From positions 13,300,451 through 13,364,450 of the forward strand of contig NC_134035.1 in the NCBI RefSeq assembly GCF_964204645.1: a stretch of 64,000 nt of DNA. Direction: 5' to 3'. Position 1 is the first letter of the stretch. The number at the start of each line of letters is the position of its first letter. The notes under the pieces are model-generated. The model did not search any database. It was not told where the DNA came from and saw only the letters and a program-made list of their open reading frames with translations. The position numbers and the translations under genes are program-made. Source of the stretch: Tubulanus polymorphus (taxonomy: Eukaryota; Animalia; Nemertea). This document shows positions 49,786 to 64,000 of the stretch, in pieces.

Positions 49786-52477
49786 AGTTTATATACTGCG
49801 TTCCGCTGGAGGAAGAAATCTGTAATTTCAAATTTCAAACTGTTATAAGGCGTGAGGATTAAACAGGTTAAGCACCTTCTTCACTCTATCAGACATAAAC
49901 ACCTCAATTGCTGTGAATTGATATTTGTTTCATTGAAGTGATCTATAAAATACATAATATTTAGAATTCATTGGCTAGGAATTTCAAACCGATATCAACC
50001 CTTGATTGCGTATAAATGCACACATTATAAGCACTAGGTCATAATGTTTTCAACCAAGCCCACTTTTAAGCAATGTACGATACGCCTTTAAACAAGTTTA
50101 AATAGTTTACACCCACAAACAAGGCTTTCACCTTATTTTGCACTCCTTTCGAAAAATATTTTCATTGTCAGTGAAAGAGAATCTATTTAACATATCTTTT
50201 CATATCGAATGAGGCTACCTATAGACAAATAGACTATTAACAAACTATGTCAACCTATTCTCAGGTACAATATTAAACACCTTTCTTACCCCATCCCTCT
50301 CAACCCATGGACCCCCATCTCCCCGTACTGCCTGAAAAACAACACATATCATTTTTTTAAAATTCCCATTAGGTTAAAAAATTGTTCCTTGTTTCCTGTT
50401 TCTGCTCAGCTTAAAAGTTGACCCGTCCGGTCGCTTCAAATTATGATCAAACCAACAATAACAGGCCCGGCAGTTATAGAAATTAACTGATTACAAATCT
50501 AATTACAGTTGACAAAAGTGACCCGGCCGATTAGGAGAAACCAGGTATCATTTTTCAGCCCTATCTTACCACTTATTTCAAGAAACAAAAATCGATTTGA
50601 TAATTCAGCGACAAAGTTTCAATATATTCCCTGTTTAAGGTGTATGAATGCTCGTGTGTTAATTAAGTCTGACTAATGCGAATACGACAGTGTGCAATAT
50701 TTCTATATTGATTATAGAGTTTTTTAAAAGCCGATTTTTAACTGAACACGAGCAGAGTCTAGGCCAAACGACATTCTCATTCTACTCCTCGCCGCGGAGC
50801 TGCACCTGCGCTCTCCTCGTTACTACGCAACATATGTGCATCTATATATAATACTAGGGTGGAGTTAGTGTTTATAAGTTTAACCCTCAGACACCTGAGC
50901 ACCAATATCAACAACTACGATGACACATTTACTGTGACAATATCCGATCAATATTCAACACACTCAATACATCATAGAAAATCACTGAGCACAATATATT
51001 GCGTAGTGCAAACTTTAAGAAAATAGTCCCCTTAATATAACGTCCATAAAAGTCATTATTTTGATAAAATTGGATAGGGCCTACCGACTAAACTCCCCTA
51101 GTTAGGCCCCTTACTTAGCAGGAAAGGCCTTGTTACTTAAATCAAGTTTTCATAATCAGATTGGCTTTTACCAATATGAAAATATCCAATCGTAAAACTA
51201 ATCAGACATGTGTAACTGATTCAGGGGGGATGTCGGAAAATTAAGAAGGCCAGGGTCCATCTAAAATTTTCAGAGATAGGCCTGCAGCCATGTCAAAAGG
51301 GTCACACCTACCCTCCGCCTCACGGTGTCAGATATTTTTGAAGAATAACATCCTATATTTACTTCAAATAAAGATGCAATTTCCAAAGGATCAGTGTCAA
51401 AATATTAGGTTCTAACTATCTCTTGTCCTCGAAATGGGCAACTTCCAATGGCCCAATGATATTGCATGGGATAAAGAGGGGTCGGACCCTAAATAATATC
51501 CCTATGCTATTGATCAGCCCTTCATCGTGTGAATGGGTGGGCTTATGTGGCAGTGTGTTAATCATAGAGATATGTAGTTGGACAGTCAGTGTTATTATTA
51601 GTCTACCCCACCCAGTCTGAACGATTCATTTTAAGTTGAGTCGAGTCGAGTCTTTTGAGTGCAGGTCCGCGGACGGAGTTTCACGGTCCTGGGCTCGTCT
51701 GTAATCTAAATGAGCCTTAAACAACTCTGTCAAACTGACAAATATCGAGAAGAAGCGTGTTCTCTACAGACAGATAATTCAACTTACAACTAAGAGAAAT
51801 ATTCCAATTCGAAGTGACACCGCTTCAATGAGAGCTGTCAAAGTTGATATCCGATCGGGCGGGGACTGAGAGACGCCGTGTTAGACATCGCGCCACGGGC
51901 TTCTAGTAAAACACTAACCATAAGACGCAACGTATATTTGTTCAAGCAAACATTTTTCTGATTATATCTTCTCCTCGACTTTTCATCGAAGAAATATATA
52001 ATCTATATAAGAACTTATCAAAGATGTATAGCTATCAGGGACAATTCGAGAAAATGATGTTCTCGATGATCCAGCAATATACGAGCGGTTGATTTTAGAT
52101 TTATGTTTCGAAGTATGCCACGGTGTGGCACGGATTGGCCGGAGCGCGGACCATTGAGATTTTTCATACTCAAGACTATTACTGATTGATTATTTTTACA
52201 TAGCGCGTATAATCCCACATGAATGTGTACATTCGCATTTTCGCGATGAGCTGGGTTTTTAACGAGGCCCCGGCCGACGGGTGCGTTAGTAATTGTTACT
52301 TGGTATACTTAGTTCGACTGACGGAGATTTCATGGTTGTGTGGAGGCATATTAGTGGGAGCTGTTACTCGATGAAAGGTAACGTAACCAGGTTTTCCCAT
52401 TACCTTCTGTAATGCGGGAGTACGACTTTCGTACACTGAAGGTTATGATTAAAAATTGACTGTTGACAGCTGTCAAA

Positions 52478-54417
52478 ATGGAGATAGAATCGAACCACCA
52501 GCAGCAGCAAACTGAAACAACAGGTACTTTTACCTCTTATCTGTTCTTATCACTAGTGTTTTATGGATTAAAGTCAAACCAAGATTCCAAGCTAAGTGAA
52601 AATGTTGATTGCCACAAGCCAACAGAACTTCCCAGGCAGAAGAAGAGGGAGGAGGGACCCATTCCTTTTTTTTGCTGCTGTTAAAAGTGTTTGCATGAGT
52701 GGCTTAGAATGGTACCCAGGCTCGGGTCTCACAGTCACAGACTCATCAGGGGCTCAATTTCACAAAAATACGTCTAAATCTGAAAACGAGGAAATTAAAG
52801 CGATCTTATGAGTTAAAGCTTGTTTGTGAAATTAACCCCTCTCTCTTGCGCCGCTGTGCCCTCGATCTGTTGTTGTTGAGCGACTGCACGTTAAGGTGGC
52901 GCTAAAGTCTAATACCTGGTAACCTTACCATAACTCCAATCCTCAGGACCCAGTTCCGTAGTTGTGAGTTAGAGTTAACTCTTAAGTTACAACTAGTTGA
53001 TTTTCATTGAGTTAACTCAGAGTTAAATCTTAACTCACAACTGTGGAACTGGACCCAGTATGCCAACGCCACGTATTTACTCTTGATTGTTGTTATTTTC
53101 AGATGGTGAATTAATGAAAGATGTTCCGCCGATTTCACCTGAAGCTGTCGATAAATTCGTGAAAGGATTCACCGACGTTTTTCTGCCAGAAGCCGAAAGC
53201 AATAAACAAAAACTTGACGAACTCCTGTAAGAAAACTGAATTACCTTTATACAACGAAAACCCACTTAATTCAGATCTAATCGCGGTATTATTTACAGTT
53301 TAGAGACATCGAAATATGATGTTAAATGCAGATTTCATAAACTGGTTTGACTAGATTAGATTGGTTCTAAATGATCCGAATTAAGCCGGTGGCACTACAG
53401 TATAAACATACCCCGGTATCAGCCAACTTAGGCCAAAAAAAATTGATACCTTGTTTCTCCGCTCTGCTGAGCTTAAATGTTGACCCGGCCGGCCGCCTAT
53501 CTACCCTATACATTACTTTTTTAAAAATCGTGATCAATTTCACCATAACAGACCCGGCCGCTATAGAAATGAACTGTTTATAAATTTTATCATATTTTAC
53601 AAAAATGACCCGGCCGCTGCGGAGAAACAAGGTATCATTTTTGTTTAGCCTTAATATCGCTCTAAATACCTCGCATATACAAGGGTTATTTCTATAAGTG
53701 GTGTTATTTTTTATAGATTGAATCAATCGGTTGTTTTAGAAACGCTACAACAGGAAAACGCAAAGTTCAAAGAATGCACAACTTTCAACGACATCCAACA
53801 AACGGTAATTATAATATTTTCAGAATATAACTCTGTACTAGTGAGGGTGGTGAGAGTAATCTGTTTGTCTGGGGATAATCTGGTATGCAGGAGCCGCAGT
53901 TGCCTAAAAGTTTGTTAGAGTGTAACCAGTGGATAGTTGACATAGTGACAATTCAAAGTCAATTGTTACTATGGTATCTCTGGTTATCTTTAACCAACTT
54001 TTGAGAAACTGCCGGCAGGGCCGTATTAGGGGGGGATAGGGACCTCCGTCTAAGGGTTATCTGCTCATCTGTCTGATAATCTGCTTGTATCATGATTGCT
54101 GTTGTTGTTTAGATGTTGAAAGCGAGAGTGTATTACGGGAAATTGTGTGGACTTCGCAGAGAAATGAATTCACTTCACGACCGAACGTCTAAATTACGAG
54201 TAAGTAATTTATTATCAGAACGCAGATTCACAATCAAACTGAAACTCATCGAATTATAATGAAATCTGTTTTTCAGAGACGAGCCGTCAAACTGCAGCAA
54301 CAAAGACAAAAAGAATTCCTTCAACTCGAACAAAAACGCGAAAAAGAAATGGAGAGAGAACAACAATTAATGGCGAAACAGGCGCGACCTGTACAGAGAG
54401 GAGGGCTCCTGTCTTAA
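52478..54417 (+). CDS. BLOC1S6: BLOC-1 subunit 6 (pallidin), 161 aa
   Basis: Exons 52478-52523, 53103-53226, 53717-53804, 54113-54199, 54277-54417, phase-compatible; KLDELLLNQSVVLETLQQENAKFKEC, YYGKLCGLRREMNSLHDRTSKLRRRAVKLQQQRQKE...EKEMEREQQLMAK resembles pallidin. Confidence 0.88.
52947..53057. mobile_element. ~110-bp palindromic MITE (family D)
   Basis: gacccagttccgtagttgtgagttag ... ttaactcacaactgtggaactggacc, flanked by CAG; related copy at ~46665-46815. Confidence 0.75.
53431..53650. mobile_element. MITE family B in BLOC1S6 intron 2
   Basis: TIRs plus TTA duplication; near-identical to 3546-3760 and 20393-20613. Confidence 0.82.
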
Positions 54418-54698
54418 AACAGGCTCGACCTGTACAGAGAGGAGGGCTCCTGTCTTAAAACAGGCTCGACCTGTACAGAGAGGAGGGCTCCTATCTTAAA
54501 CCAGGCTCGACCTATACAGAGAGGAGAACTCCTGTCTTGAAACAGGCTCGACCTGTACAGAGAGGAGGGCTCCCTGTCTTAAAACAGGGTCGACCTGTAT
54601 AGAGAGGAGGGCTCCTGTCTTAAAACAGGCTCGACCTGTACAGAGAGGAGGGCTCCCTGTCTTAAAACAGGGTCGACCTGTATAGAGAGGAGGGCTCC
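54376..54698 (+). repeat. 41/42-bp tandem repeat beginning inside the BLOC1S6 last codons
   Basis: Unit aaacaggctcgacctgtacagagaggagggctcctgtctta, about 8 copies. Confidence 0.9.
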
Positions 54699-55944
54699 AG
54701 AGAGAACTCCATTTTATTTATGATTCAAATGATTCCATTTTACAGTCGACTTTCTGCGTTAAGACTTCTATCAAGTTGGGACCAAATTCGCGAGTATCTT
54801 CAAGAAACTAGTTAACATAGATTCTTTTTGTTCGCTGTAACATATTATGTACATAGTTCTTATAATTAGCTAATAAAATGGTGCTAACAAAATAAAACAA
54901 AAAACGAAATTCTTGATATGGACTTTCTTAAATTTTTATGATGAGGTACCGTTTAATCCAGTATCAAAATTAAAGAAAACAATTCGTTTTTTTTCAAATT
55001 ATGAGTGGTAAGCATGAAGTTTTTGGCAGAATTTCAGAGGATCGGTGCTCCAAGTAATTAGAGAAGCCTAATATGTCTCCCCTCAATTGAATCGAGGAGT
55101 TTTTTTTAATGAAAATCTGTCTATTGACGGGATTCTGTGATAACAGTATGAATAATGATTAATCATGAATACATGGTATTAGTGGGTTTTCCCCAAATGA
55201 CTCAAATAGACCGCTTTCCTCGTGCATGGTGTAAGTTAGTTATCTCGGGGTGCATGAACTGTCCTTACGTAGTTGTGACTAATTAACTAATTTCAGCATT
55301 TCATTAGTAAATGTTTACGCGGTTTCTATGATATGAAGACCTGTGTTGGTGTGAATCTTTAACTGAAGTGCTATCGGTCGGTATAATTTTATAGGAGATT
55401 ATTCTAGAATATAAGAAAAAAAACCAGGCGGCGGTTTATAAATTCGGATGTTGGGAATCAAGTAATTTATTTCATGGCCGTATATGAAGTTCCTCCACTA
55501 TATTGTTCAGCTGGCTACTGGCGCGTATTCAACCCGGCAGTAGAACCTTTTCATTCAACTTCTATAAGCTCTCAATGTAAATCCATTCAACAATAGAGAC
55601 ACAATTGCGGCTTTTCAGAGTTGTTGATATCATTCTGACACGCGCTATTGAATACGTCACCGGCTGACCACGGTGTACACAAGCATAGACCATTCACCTC
55701 TGCACACTCACACTGTGAACATGCTACCGTGGATTCTCCTCCTGGCGATTTTCGCTGCGCTCCCGCTCTTGCTCCTGTTCCTGCTTCCTGAGGAACGACG
55801 TCTTTATGTTTTATGTGTTACTGTTCGTCTCTGTACTGTCCTGTACTGTTCTGTGTTAATTAATCCGTTCTATTTTTCAGCAATTAACCCGTTTTATTTT
55901 TCAGGGCCGATTTCTCTGTCGAATTTCAACGTTTGCTGGAACAA

Positions 55945-56170
55945 AACTAATGTCCGAAAGCGTCAGCTCTCCTTCGCCGGTCATGTGTCGAGGATGTCAG
56001 ACAAAGAGTCGGTCAGGAAATTCTGCCCTCTACACGCCCTCATACGGAACACGAAAACCAGGATGATGAGGCCTCACTGCCCCCACCTATCTACAAAGTG
56101 TGCTGAGTGATGTCAATGACGGGCATATCTGCGGGATTGCGCGGGATACAAATGGAGCGGTTATACTGGA
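55945..56170 (+). mobile_element. Degenerate 3' fragment of a non-LTR retrotransposon (RTE/L2-like ORF2 C-terminus)
   Basis: Translation VRKRQLSFAGHVSRMSD resembles the R-x-L-x-(W/F)-x-GH-x-x-RM motif downstream of RT in RTE/CR1/L2 LINEs; frame disrupted afterwards. Confidence 0.55.
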
Positions 56171-59100
56171 TTGTCACGCTACTAGCATTCATTGTGTCCT
56201 TGTGACCACCCGGATGAGGGATGATTCTACTGTCACGCTCTTTGTTTCTGGTATTCTGAGTCGGCTGAGGGATGATTCTACTGTCACGCTCTTTGATTTC
56301 TAGTTTGAGTGCTAGTTTTCATTGTGTCCTTGTGATAACCTCGGTCAGTGGATGAAGTCTCTTGTCGGCTTGTGAGTGCTAGTTTCATTGTGTCCTTGTG
56401 ACAACCTCGGTCAGTGGATGAAGTCTCTTGTCACGCTTTTGAGTGCTAGTTGAGATCCTGAATCTCAACCCGGTCAAGCTGGTTGTACTGTGCTACTTGT
56501 GTTTCGTGCAATTTTACAGGTTTGTCAGTTACTGACGTCGCCCAGTACATCCTGCAGTTAGATGGGGAATGTGAGGCGTTGTCATTCTGGTTTTCGCGTT
56601 CTGTGTGAGGGCGTGTAGAGGGCAGTATATTCCTGGCTGGCTCATTGTCTGGTGTTCTCGGCATGTGACCAGCGATGGAGAGCTGAAAAGCTTTCGAACA
56701 TTAGTTTTGTTCCGTACCAGGTTTTCATCGCTCTTCTCTTTTTTTCATTTCAGGACTCCCAAGAAGTTGAAGAAGATGCTGAAGGTGACTACCACGAAGA
56801 CGATGCCAAAAAAGAACACTGAACTCAGCAATATTGAAAGTTAAGTTGATACACATGTAAATTACGATGCGTGATACGGAAAGGATTGTGTAACTACAGA
56901 ATATCGTTCTTTTACTCATTTCAGGTTAATCCGGAAAGGCCCATCTAAAATCTGCCCACCAGAAGTGCCCACAAAAGACTCCACCTTGAAGTACCACCAA
57001 ACACCTGTTTCAAAGACCTGTCGCAGCCGAACCTGGCAGTCTTGCATGGCTCATCCTGCATGGCAACAGGAAAACATACATACATAAAGCTAAGTTGATT
57101 TTTCATATCTGGGGTAGAATGCATAGGCGCTGGTCAAGCTCACCATCTCCGCACTACTTTATTGAGGCTCTGTGGCCGGTAGTAAATTGAAATATAGCTA
57201 GGCAATGATTGCTTGAATATTTACAATATTAAACAAAATGATTGAGTGAGGTCCTTTAAATATTCTTTGGTCTGATAATTAAAATGTAGATTGGTCAGTT
57301 ATTGATTAAAAGATTTTGTAAGTACGTACAATTAAGGTAAATTCAATATCTTATGTGACATTTGAAATTATTCGAATGTACCGTAGATATTTCAGGCCTC
57401 ATATGACTATTGTTTAACTGACAATCAAGATCTAGATAGGACAATTTTTACTAAAAGATATATCAATTAAACTTTATCGTTGGTTGATAGATTTTTCTTT
57501 ACAAATAATATATTGATAAATTTATTACCATTGAGGCCTTACTTTACAATATATACTGTGTGCTGCCTCACACATAACAGTAATGAATTTCATAAGATAG
57601 TGTCTAGGGCTCTATCGAGGTCTGGTGTTATATGGGGAAAACTATGGACTACAGGTCTTTATGAAACAGTGATTTGGTCTCAACACTATGACAAATCCAG
57701 AATAAACCAAAGCTTTAATTGATTTAATTCATTCCTGAAACACTGCGTCTTGTTTTGGCCAACGCATGATAATTGTTTGACTGACAATTAGCATAGATAC
57801 AGCCGGGAAAAATGGCTTAGATATTCACAATTAAGATGAATTCAATATTTGATGTTAGATCAAAAACTTTTTATATCATAAATATTTATTGAAATATAGC
57901 TGAAATATATAATATATTTGAGCACATCTATAAATGAATCAGTCTCATGGACTGATCAGTTCTGTATTGCCAACTGCCGCGCTTACGACGACTAGCCATG
58001 CTTTTCAATATTGGCAAAATTTACTCAAACCTAACTGATTCAATTAATATCTAAAAGCCTGTGTCGCATATTAGATATAGTTTAACTGAAAATTAGAATC
58101 TAAGATGAATAACTCATTAAGGTACATGTATTACTTAGATCGATTAAGGTTAATTCAATTGTTATGTGAAATTATTTCTAATTCCATGGACATTTAAAAT
58201 GTAGCTGATACATGTGTATCTGAGCACATTTATTTATCTGTATCTAAGTGAACCTATTGTGTCTTCATACAGCAGTATTAGTTTTGATACATATTGCCAA
58301 AATCATTTAACGCAGATTTACTTCCGATCGAAGGGAGATAAAACAAATCTGTGCCCAAATACATTCCTGGATTTGGAAGGGGGAATATTTCAATTTCACT
58401 GTGTATGTCAGATTGAAAGCCTTATTCTGACAGGATATCCTAAACTTAGGTCTTATTCCTCTTGCTAATAGCTCTCTTTTACTAACCCCTCTCCTTCAAA
58501 CTATATTCCAGCATCATGACTTGCACCGCACCAGGGAGGTCCGGTCATAACAAGGTCTTTCGGTCCTTATACACAGTGTACTATATAAGGGAAATAAAGA
58601 TTATATAGCCATTCGGCTAAGGGAATTTCTAATTTACCACTAAAGATATGCTTTTTTATCTTTAATTTCTGATGAATTCAAATAGTGACGAATTCAGCAC
58701 ATCTGAAATTCTACTCATGTAGATTTTCAGGCTCCATATAGATATTGTTCAACTGACAATTAAAATATAGCTAAGTATGATTACTAATTAATGGTTCGCT
58801 TAGATACCTAGAATTCAATTAAAATCAATTCAATATAATAAATAAAAGTGAAACTTATTCAAAATTGCACAGTGGATGAGACGACTGTATCGCGCAATGT
58901 CATCTGCGTCTAACTGGGCCACATGTGTGTGTGGGATCTGTTGAATCAGTTAGGTTTTGGGGGATTCTGGGTTAGTTAAGCTAGGTATCAAAAGCTCTGA
59001 TGCAAAATTAGCAGTTCAAATAGTGATTAATTCAAATTTGTACCGGATCTGAAATTCTTCTCGTGTAGAAATTTCAAGCCCCATATAAAATATTGTCCGA

Positions 59101-60149
59101 GGCAATTTCAATTATAGCTAGGACATTATCAATTAACTTATAGATTAGGTATCTAATTCAGCATCTTCATATAAGGTAAAAGAGCTCAAATCTAAACCAT
59201 AGGGGTTGATAAGTATAATTCAATATTGGTTGATATATAAAGAATACTGGGTATGTTTTAACTCTGTCTCTTGTGCGTGGGTTTTATTGAATCTTTAAGG
59301 CTTTGCAGAATTCTGGATTTGTCGAGGTGTGGGAATGATTCAAGGTTTCTTAAATCTGTAGAACCATGTTACTAATAGGATCAATGTGCTCAATGCTGGC
59401 AGCGCACGGTTAGTTATATTATCATAATTACAAAATCATTGTATATATTAGGAGCAATATTTAGAATTAATGAAATGGATTAGAATACCATTCACTGGGT
59501 ACAGATGTCGCCATCTGTGGGTAGAAAACATCTCTTAAGTTTATTAACTGACGATGAAGAAAACTTGATAATACGAACATGGTTTAGCTGACAATCGAAA
59601 TATATACAGGCCAGTATTACTAGCAGGTTTGCACTGTATGATGGGCCTGGGTTTCAATAAAAGACACATCAAGAATTTCAAGAAGATAGAAAAGAAAACA
59701 GTTCAAAAACGATTTGATAAGATTGATTATGCATTACTAAATTTGTTGTAACTCTGGTATTCCTAGAGATGACTATAGATGCTTTAGTTGAATTGTTGTT
59801 AAACTATAATAATCAACCATTGCTTAGATATTTAGAATATAGATGAATTACTATATGAGTTGAATTTCATAAATATCATTTAAGACTATTATTAAAATCT
59901 ACGTAACGATCCACGTTGCTGATCTTATATATGAATTGACATGATAATTATGATCAGTGATATTTGAAAGGATTTTCTGCTCAAAAGGTTCTGCTCTTTT
60001 CTTCAGCTTGCCGTTTCAGACTGATTGGAAGATAGTTTGAATGAACCGGAATCGAATTTCCCAATTATGTACTTCGATTTCAGACATACTCGAGAAAAAC
60101 TACAATAAACTTTAAAAAATTAGACAAATTTAAACAGACAAAAAAAATT

Positions 60150-60695
60150 AAAGTTAGACAAAATTCTCCCACCTTGTAAACTTTCGGACTAGTTACATGA
60201 AAAAAAGACCAAATATTGTAAAATATAATTATTTCCAAAGTCTCGATGTATTAAATTAGGCAGAAAAAAAATAGATAAAATTATTCAACCTTGTAAACTT
60301 TCGGACTAGTTACATGAAAAAAAGACCAAATAATGTAAAATATAGTTATTTCCAAAATCTCAATGTATTAAATTAGGCAGAAAAAAATAGATAAATTATT
60401 CAACCTTGTAAACTTTCGGACTAGTTACATGAAAACAAGACCAAATATTGTAAAACATAGTTATTTTCAAAATCTCGATGTATTAAATTAGGCAGAAAAA
60501 AAGTTAACCCCAATCAGTCACTTAATATGTGCTTCGACTATTTAAACGGTGAAAGCGACCAAAAAATTGAAGTTAGACAAAATTATTTAACTTTGTGAAC
60601 TTTCGGACTAGTTACATAAAAAAAGGCCAAATATTGTAAAATTACTTTCAACCTTGTAATATAGTTATTTCCAAAATCAGAATTAGGCAGAATAA
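60150..60695. repeat. ~120-bp tandem repeat (~4 units, accttgtaaactttcggactagttacatgaaa...)
   Basis: Units near 60171, 60288, 60403, 60590. Confidence 0.85.
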
Positions 60696-63600
60696 AAGAT
60701 TGTTTGAATGAACCGGAACCGAATTACCAATTATTTTCTTGGACTTAAAAAAAAAAAGATCTGTAAAAACGACCGCCGATCACGCAACTATATCTGTACT
60801 TTGATTTTCGATTTTGAAAAAAACCGCCCTTTCGCTCCCGGCAGGTTTGTAAGGGACACCAACTCGAAAAATCAAACGAGAGCTTGAGGTCAACAACTCA
60901 TCAAAAATCTGCTGATTAGAGAACAGTGCACAGAAACCAACCGACTTAGAAGATCCTCGTCGATGATGAAACCAGCAATCATAAAAGGTAACTTGATATA
61001 CATGGAATTATTACGATTAATTCTTATCGAAATATTTTGTCATTACAGGACATCTTCTTTTAATTATTGCAGCTAAATTTCAACTATAAGAAGAAACCCA
61101 GCTTGAGATCAACTACTCGTCCAAAATCGACCAACTGGAACAGCGAACAGATGAGGCCAACAGAATCGAATTCATTAACCAACCAACTTGGATGATCCAC
61201 ACCGATAACGAACCCAGCAATCATAAAAGGTAACTTGATATACATGGAGTTATTACGATGATTTCTAAATGAAATATGTCGTGATTACAGGATATTTATT
61301 TACTCATTGCAGTTAAGTTTCAACTATAAGAAAGAGACCAGCTTAAAATCAACTACTCATCTGAAATCTACGGATTTGAACAACCCACAGAAGAATCAAA
61401 CTCATTAGATGGAAATTACCGGTATATAGAAATTTCAGGCCTCATATGAATATCATTTGATAAGTGATTATCATCGAAATCTATTTACCTGTCCACATGG
61501 CTGATCTTAGAACTTTTATCTTTACTAGTCTTACACCTTGGAGTAATAAATTTGTAATGAACCTAATTCTGATTTTGGAAATAACTATATTAAGTGAAAA
61601 ACACGGTGGCTTGTAATTTGAAATGACATGTAAGTTATGATAAATCTGTCTAAAATGTTTTGCTTTCTTCACTTTGTTTCAGTCAAACTACATCCCGGTA
61701 ATAATGGCCTGAAGAAGACACAAGTAGACAAATACCCATTGACCCATTTGGTGATGAAAACTGCAGAAGCCCAGATGAGAAGTTTAGGAGCCAGCGACGG
61801 ATTAATCACTCAACGATGGAATCTTCTACAATCGGTGATTTCTATAAAACATTTTATCAGGAGCAGCAGAGATGATAGTGTATCTTATAAACACTGATTC
61901 GCGCAGCAAAGACAATGGATTATCTCATGAACACTGAGATCCAGTAGCGGCAAAGACCTCTGTAGTAAAGTATTGATTTTTTTACTAATATCACCCTTTT
62001 TCAGACCAGTCTGATAGGTAACATAGTTTAAAAAATTTACCTGCTTGCGTGGAATGGAGTATGAAAATAGTTGTTGAGTAGAATATTGAAAATTGGAGTT
62101 AGATAACTAGATTCCTTCGGCCTGAGAAGGAACTATGTTCGAATATTTCAATATAGAGAAAACTATTTTATAATGAGTTTGTAAAAAGATGTGTCATGTG
62201 TTTTGCAATGTGACAGAAATATCCTTTTTAGAGTCTAATAAAAGCTAAGCTCCATTAATTCACGATATTGGTCTTCGATCTTTGGTTGATAGATAAGTCG
62301 AGTTGGTTAGTCACTAGGAGTAAATGGTCGCGTCGAGCGCCTAGTTTTGAGTCGTAGGTCTGTTGAGTTAACGCCTAAACTGAGATATAGTTTCAACATG
62401 ATATTGTAAGTTTTATTGTGCTTAACATAGTTAAACAGAGTCAACACAGTGGCTTTGCCCTGTAGATATCACATAGTTAGGAAACATAGAACATAACGTC
62501 CTATGTACAAATAATAAGTATTTGCAGAATTGTAGATGTACTAATTTGATGGCATTGATATTTTCCAAGGCCTGTGTAACCAATTTGAGAAATGAATCAT
62601 ATATGTCGATTTTCAAATGGAGTTTTAACTTTGAGCCTCCATCAATCTGTTCGATGATCAAAGCTACGTATTTGAAAGCAAAGCTTTATCTAAAGAGACC
62701 ATTATTTATATTTGAGAGGTAAAGCTAAAGTTATAGCTAGGACTAATTTTGAACGTTTTAACATTGTTTATAGCTGTTTGAACTTCTTTTATTGTAATGG
62801 GTAAATCCATATAACGAGATGGCTCTCGTGAATAATCACTTAGCTTCAAATCGGGTGTATAATGATTATTAAGAAGCGGCAGTGAATTAGTAGTGCTTTT
62901 TTAAAATGGGCCCAGAACTTTACTGTGAAAAAATGCCTGCAGTTGTAAATAGAGGAGTATAAATAATACATGATACAAAATACAAGTACATAAATAAATG
63001 AATAATATTTAAAAAAATAGATAAAATAATAAGCAACAATACAAACAAACAACAAATTAATACTCTATTTACATGAAAAGGCATTTTTTCAAATATTTAT
63101 TTATCAACAAGGTTTTCTCATTTATCGAACAACCTTCCCTAAGTATAGCGAAAACCCGAGATCTTTTCTGTTGTTGTTTTTAGCATTCTATCAACTCGGT
63201 TATTGTAATAAACAAAACAAATAACAATAAACCTTAACTAAATCGAATACACTTAAAAAAATAACTGATATGATAGAATGCTTTGAATAACTGTGATGAA
63301 AGATCGACCCGTCCTTAGAACTAGCTGCGCTCAATCACTGCTGTGACTGTTTATTGTTATACTGGGGTAGACTTACTATCTAAAATCTGGTACATACATT
63401 TTACTTTTTAGAAAGAATTTAAAACAGCTATAAACTTAAGTTATTGATGTTATTGATAAGTTACCGATTGTATAATTATGTTGATGTTTTCGAAGCTGGA
63501 AGAAAAAGGTCAGAATAGTTAGTATTTAATGTCAAGGTGCTTGGACATCTTCAAGTCAGGGCAAAGTTAGTGGCAAAATTATAGTTTTCAAGTGAAAGTA

Positions 63601-64000
63601 ATGTTTACGCAAAAGAAATTAAGAATGATAAATTGATACTCCAAGATTTCTGGAGTGAATCGGTATGTTTCATCTCTAGTTTTAACGCTTTATGTTAGAG
63701 ACTGTTATTGTAATACAGTTCACGTGTTTGTAAATTAGGAACTTACATGATGATTCCTCGATTAAGATATTATTGTTGTGTGAATAAAACAATGTACATT
63801 TTCATCATTCATGTTGATACTTTTCAGTTGTTAAGTTTTATAGCAACAATTTCACTTTGGTGCTTATCAGTCGTTCATAAAATACTGATTTAATTAAGGC
63901 CCTGTCGAAAATAGAGGATAACTTGTGGATGCAGTGCTAATTGGTCAATCGTCCTAGCTTTGTTTTGATTATCGGTTTAACCGCGTCTGTGTGAAAAATA

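Overview
AT-rich genomic DNA from an invertebrate animal (probably lophotrochozoan; inferred, not proven) with GT-AG introns and many MITEs and satellites. Genes reconstructed by hand from splice sites and reading-frame phase: (1) an orphan ORF (+, 5396-5962); (2) a 6-exon, 636-aa homologue of the bacterial [NiFe]-hydrogenase maturation CO-synthase HypX/HoxX (formyltransferase + crotonase domains) with an N-terminal mitochondrial-presequence-like leader (+, 9411-13225); (3) two intact intronless FMRFamide-receptor/srw-like GPCRs plus a truncated pseudogene (-, 13788-17370); (4) a TRPC-family cation channel (-, 18356 to at least 24871, with candidate upstream exons to 37856); (5) a three-LIM cysteine/glycine-rich protein (CSRP/MLP-like; -, 43612-49785) with an apparent pair of mutually exclusive exons; (6) pallidin/BLOC1S6 (+, 52478-54417). 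The two most notable observations are the intron-containing animal HypX, which suggests a haem-independent, folate-derived CO source, and a 7 x 69-bp tandem array (29641-30133) in which every unit contains a minimal type-I hammerhead ribozyme, with dispersed solo copies elsewhere in the window.
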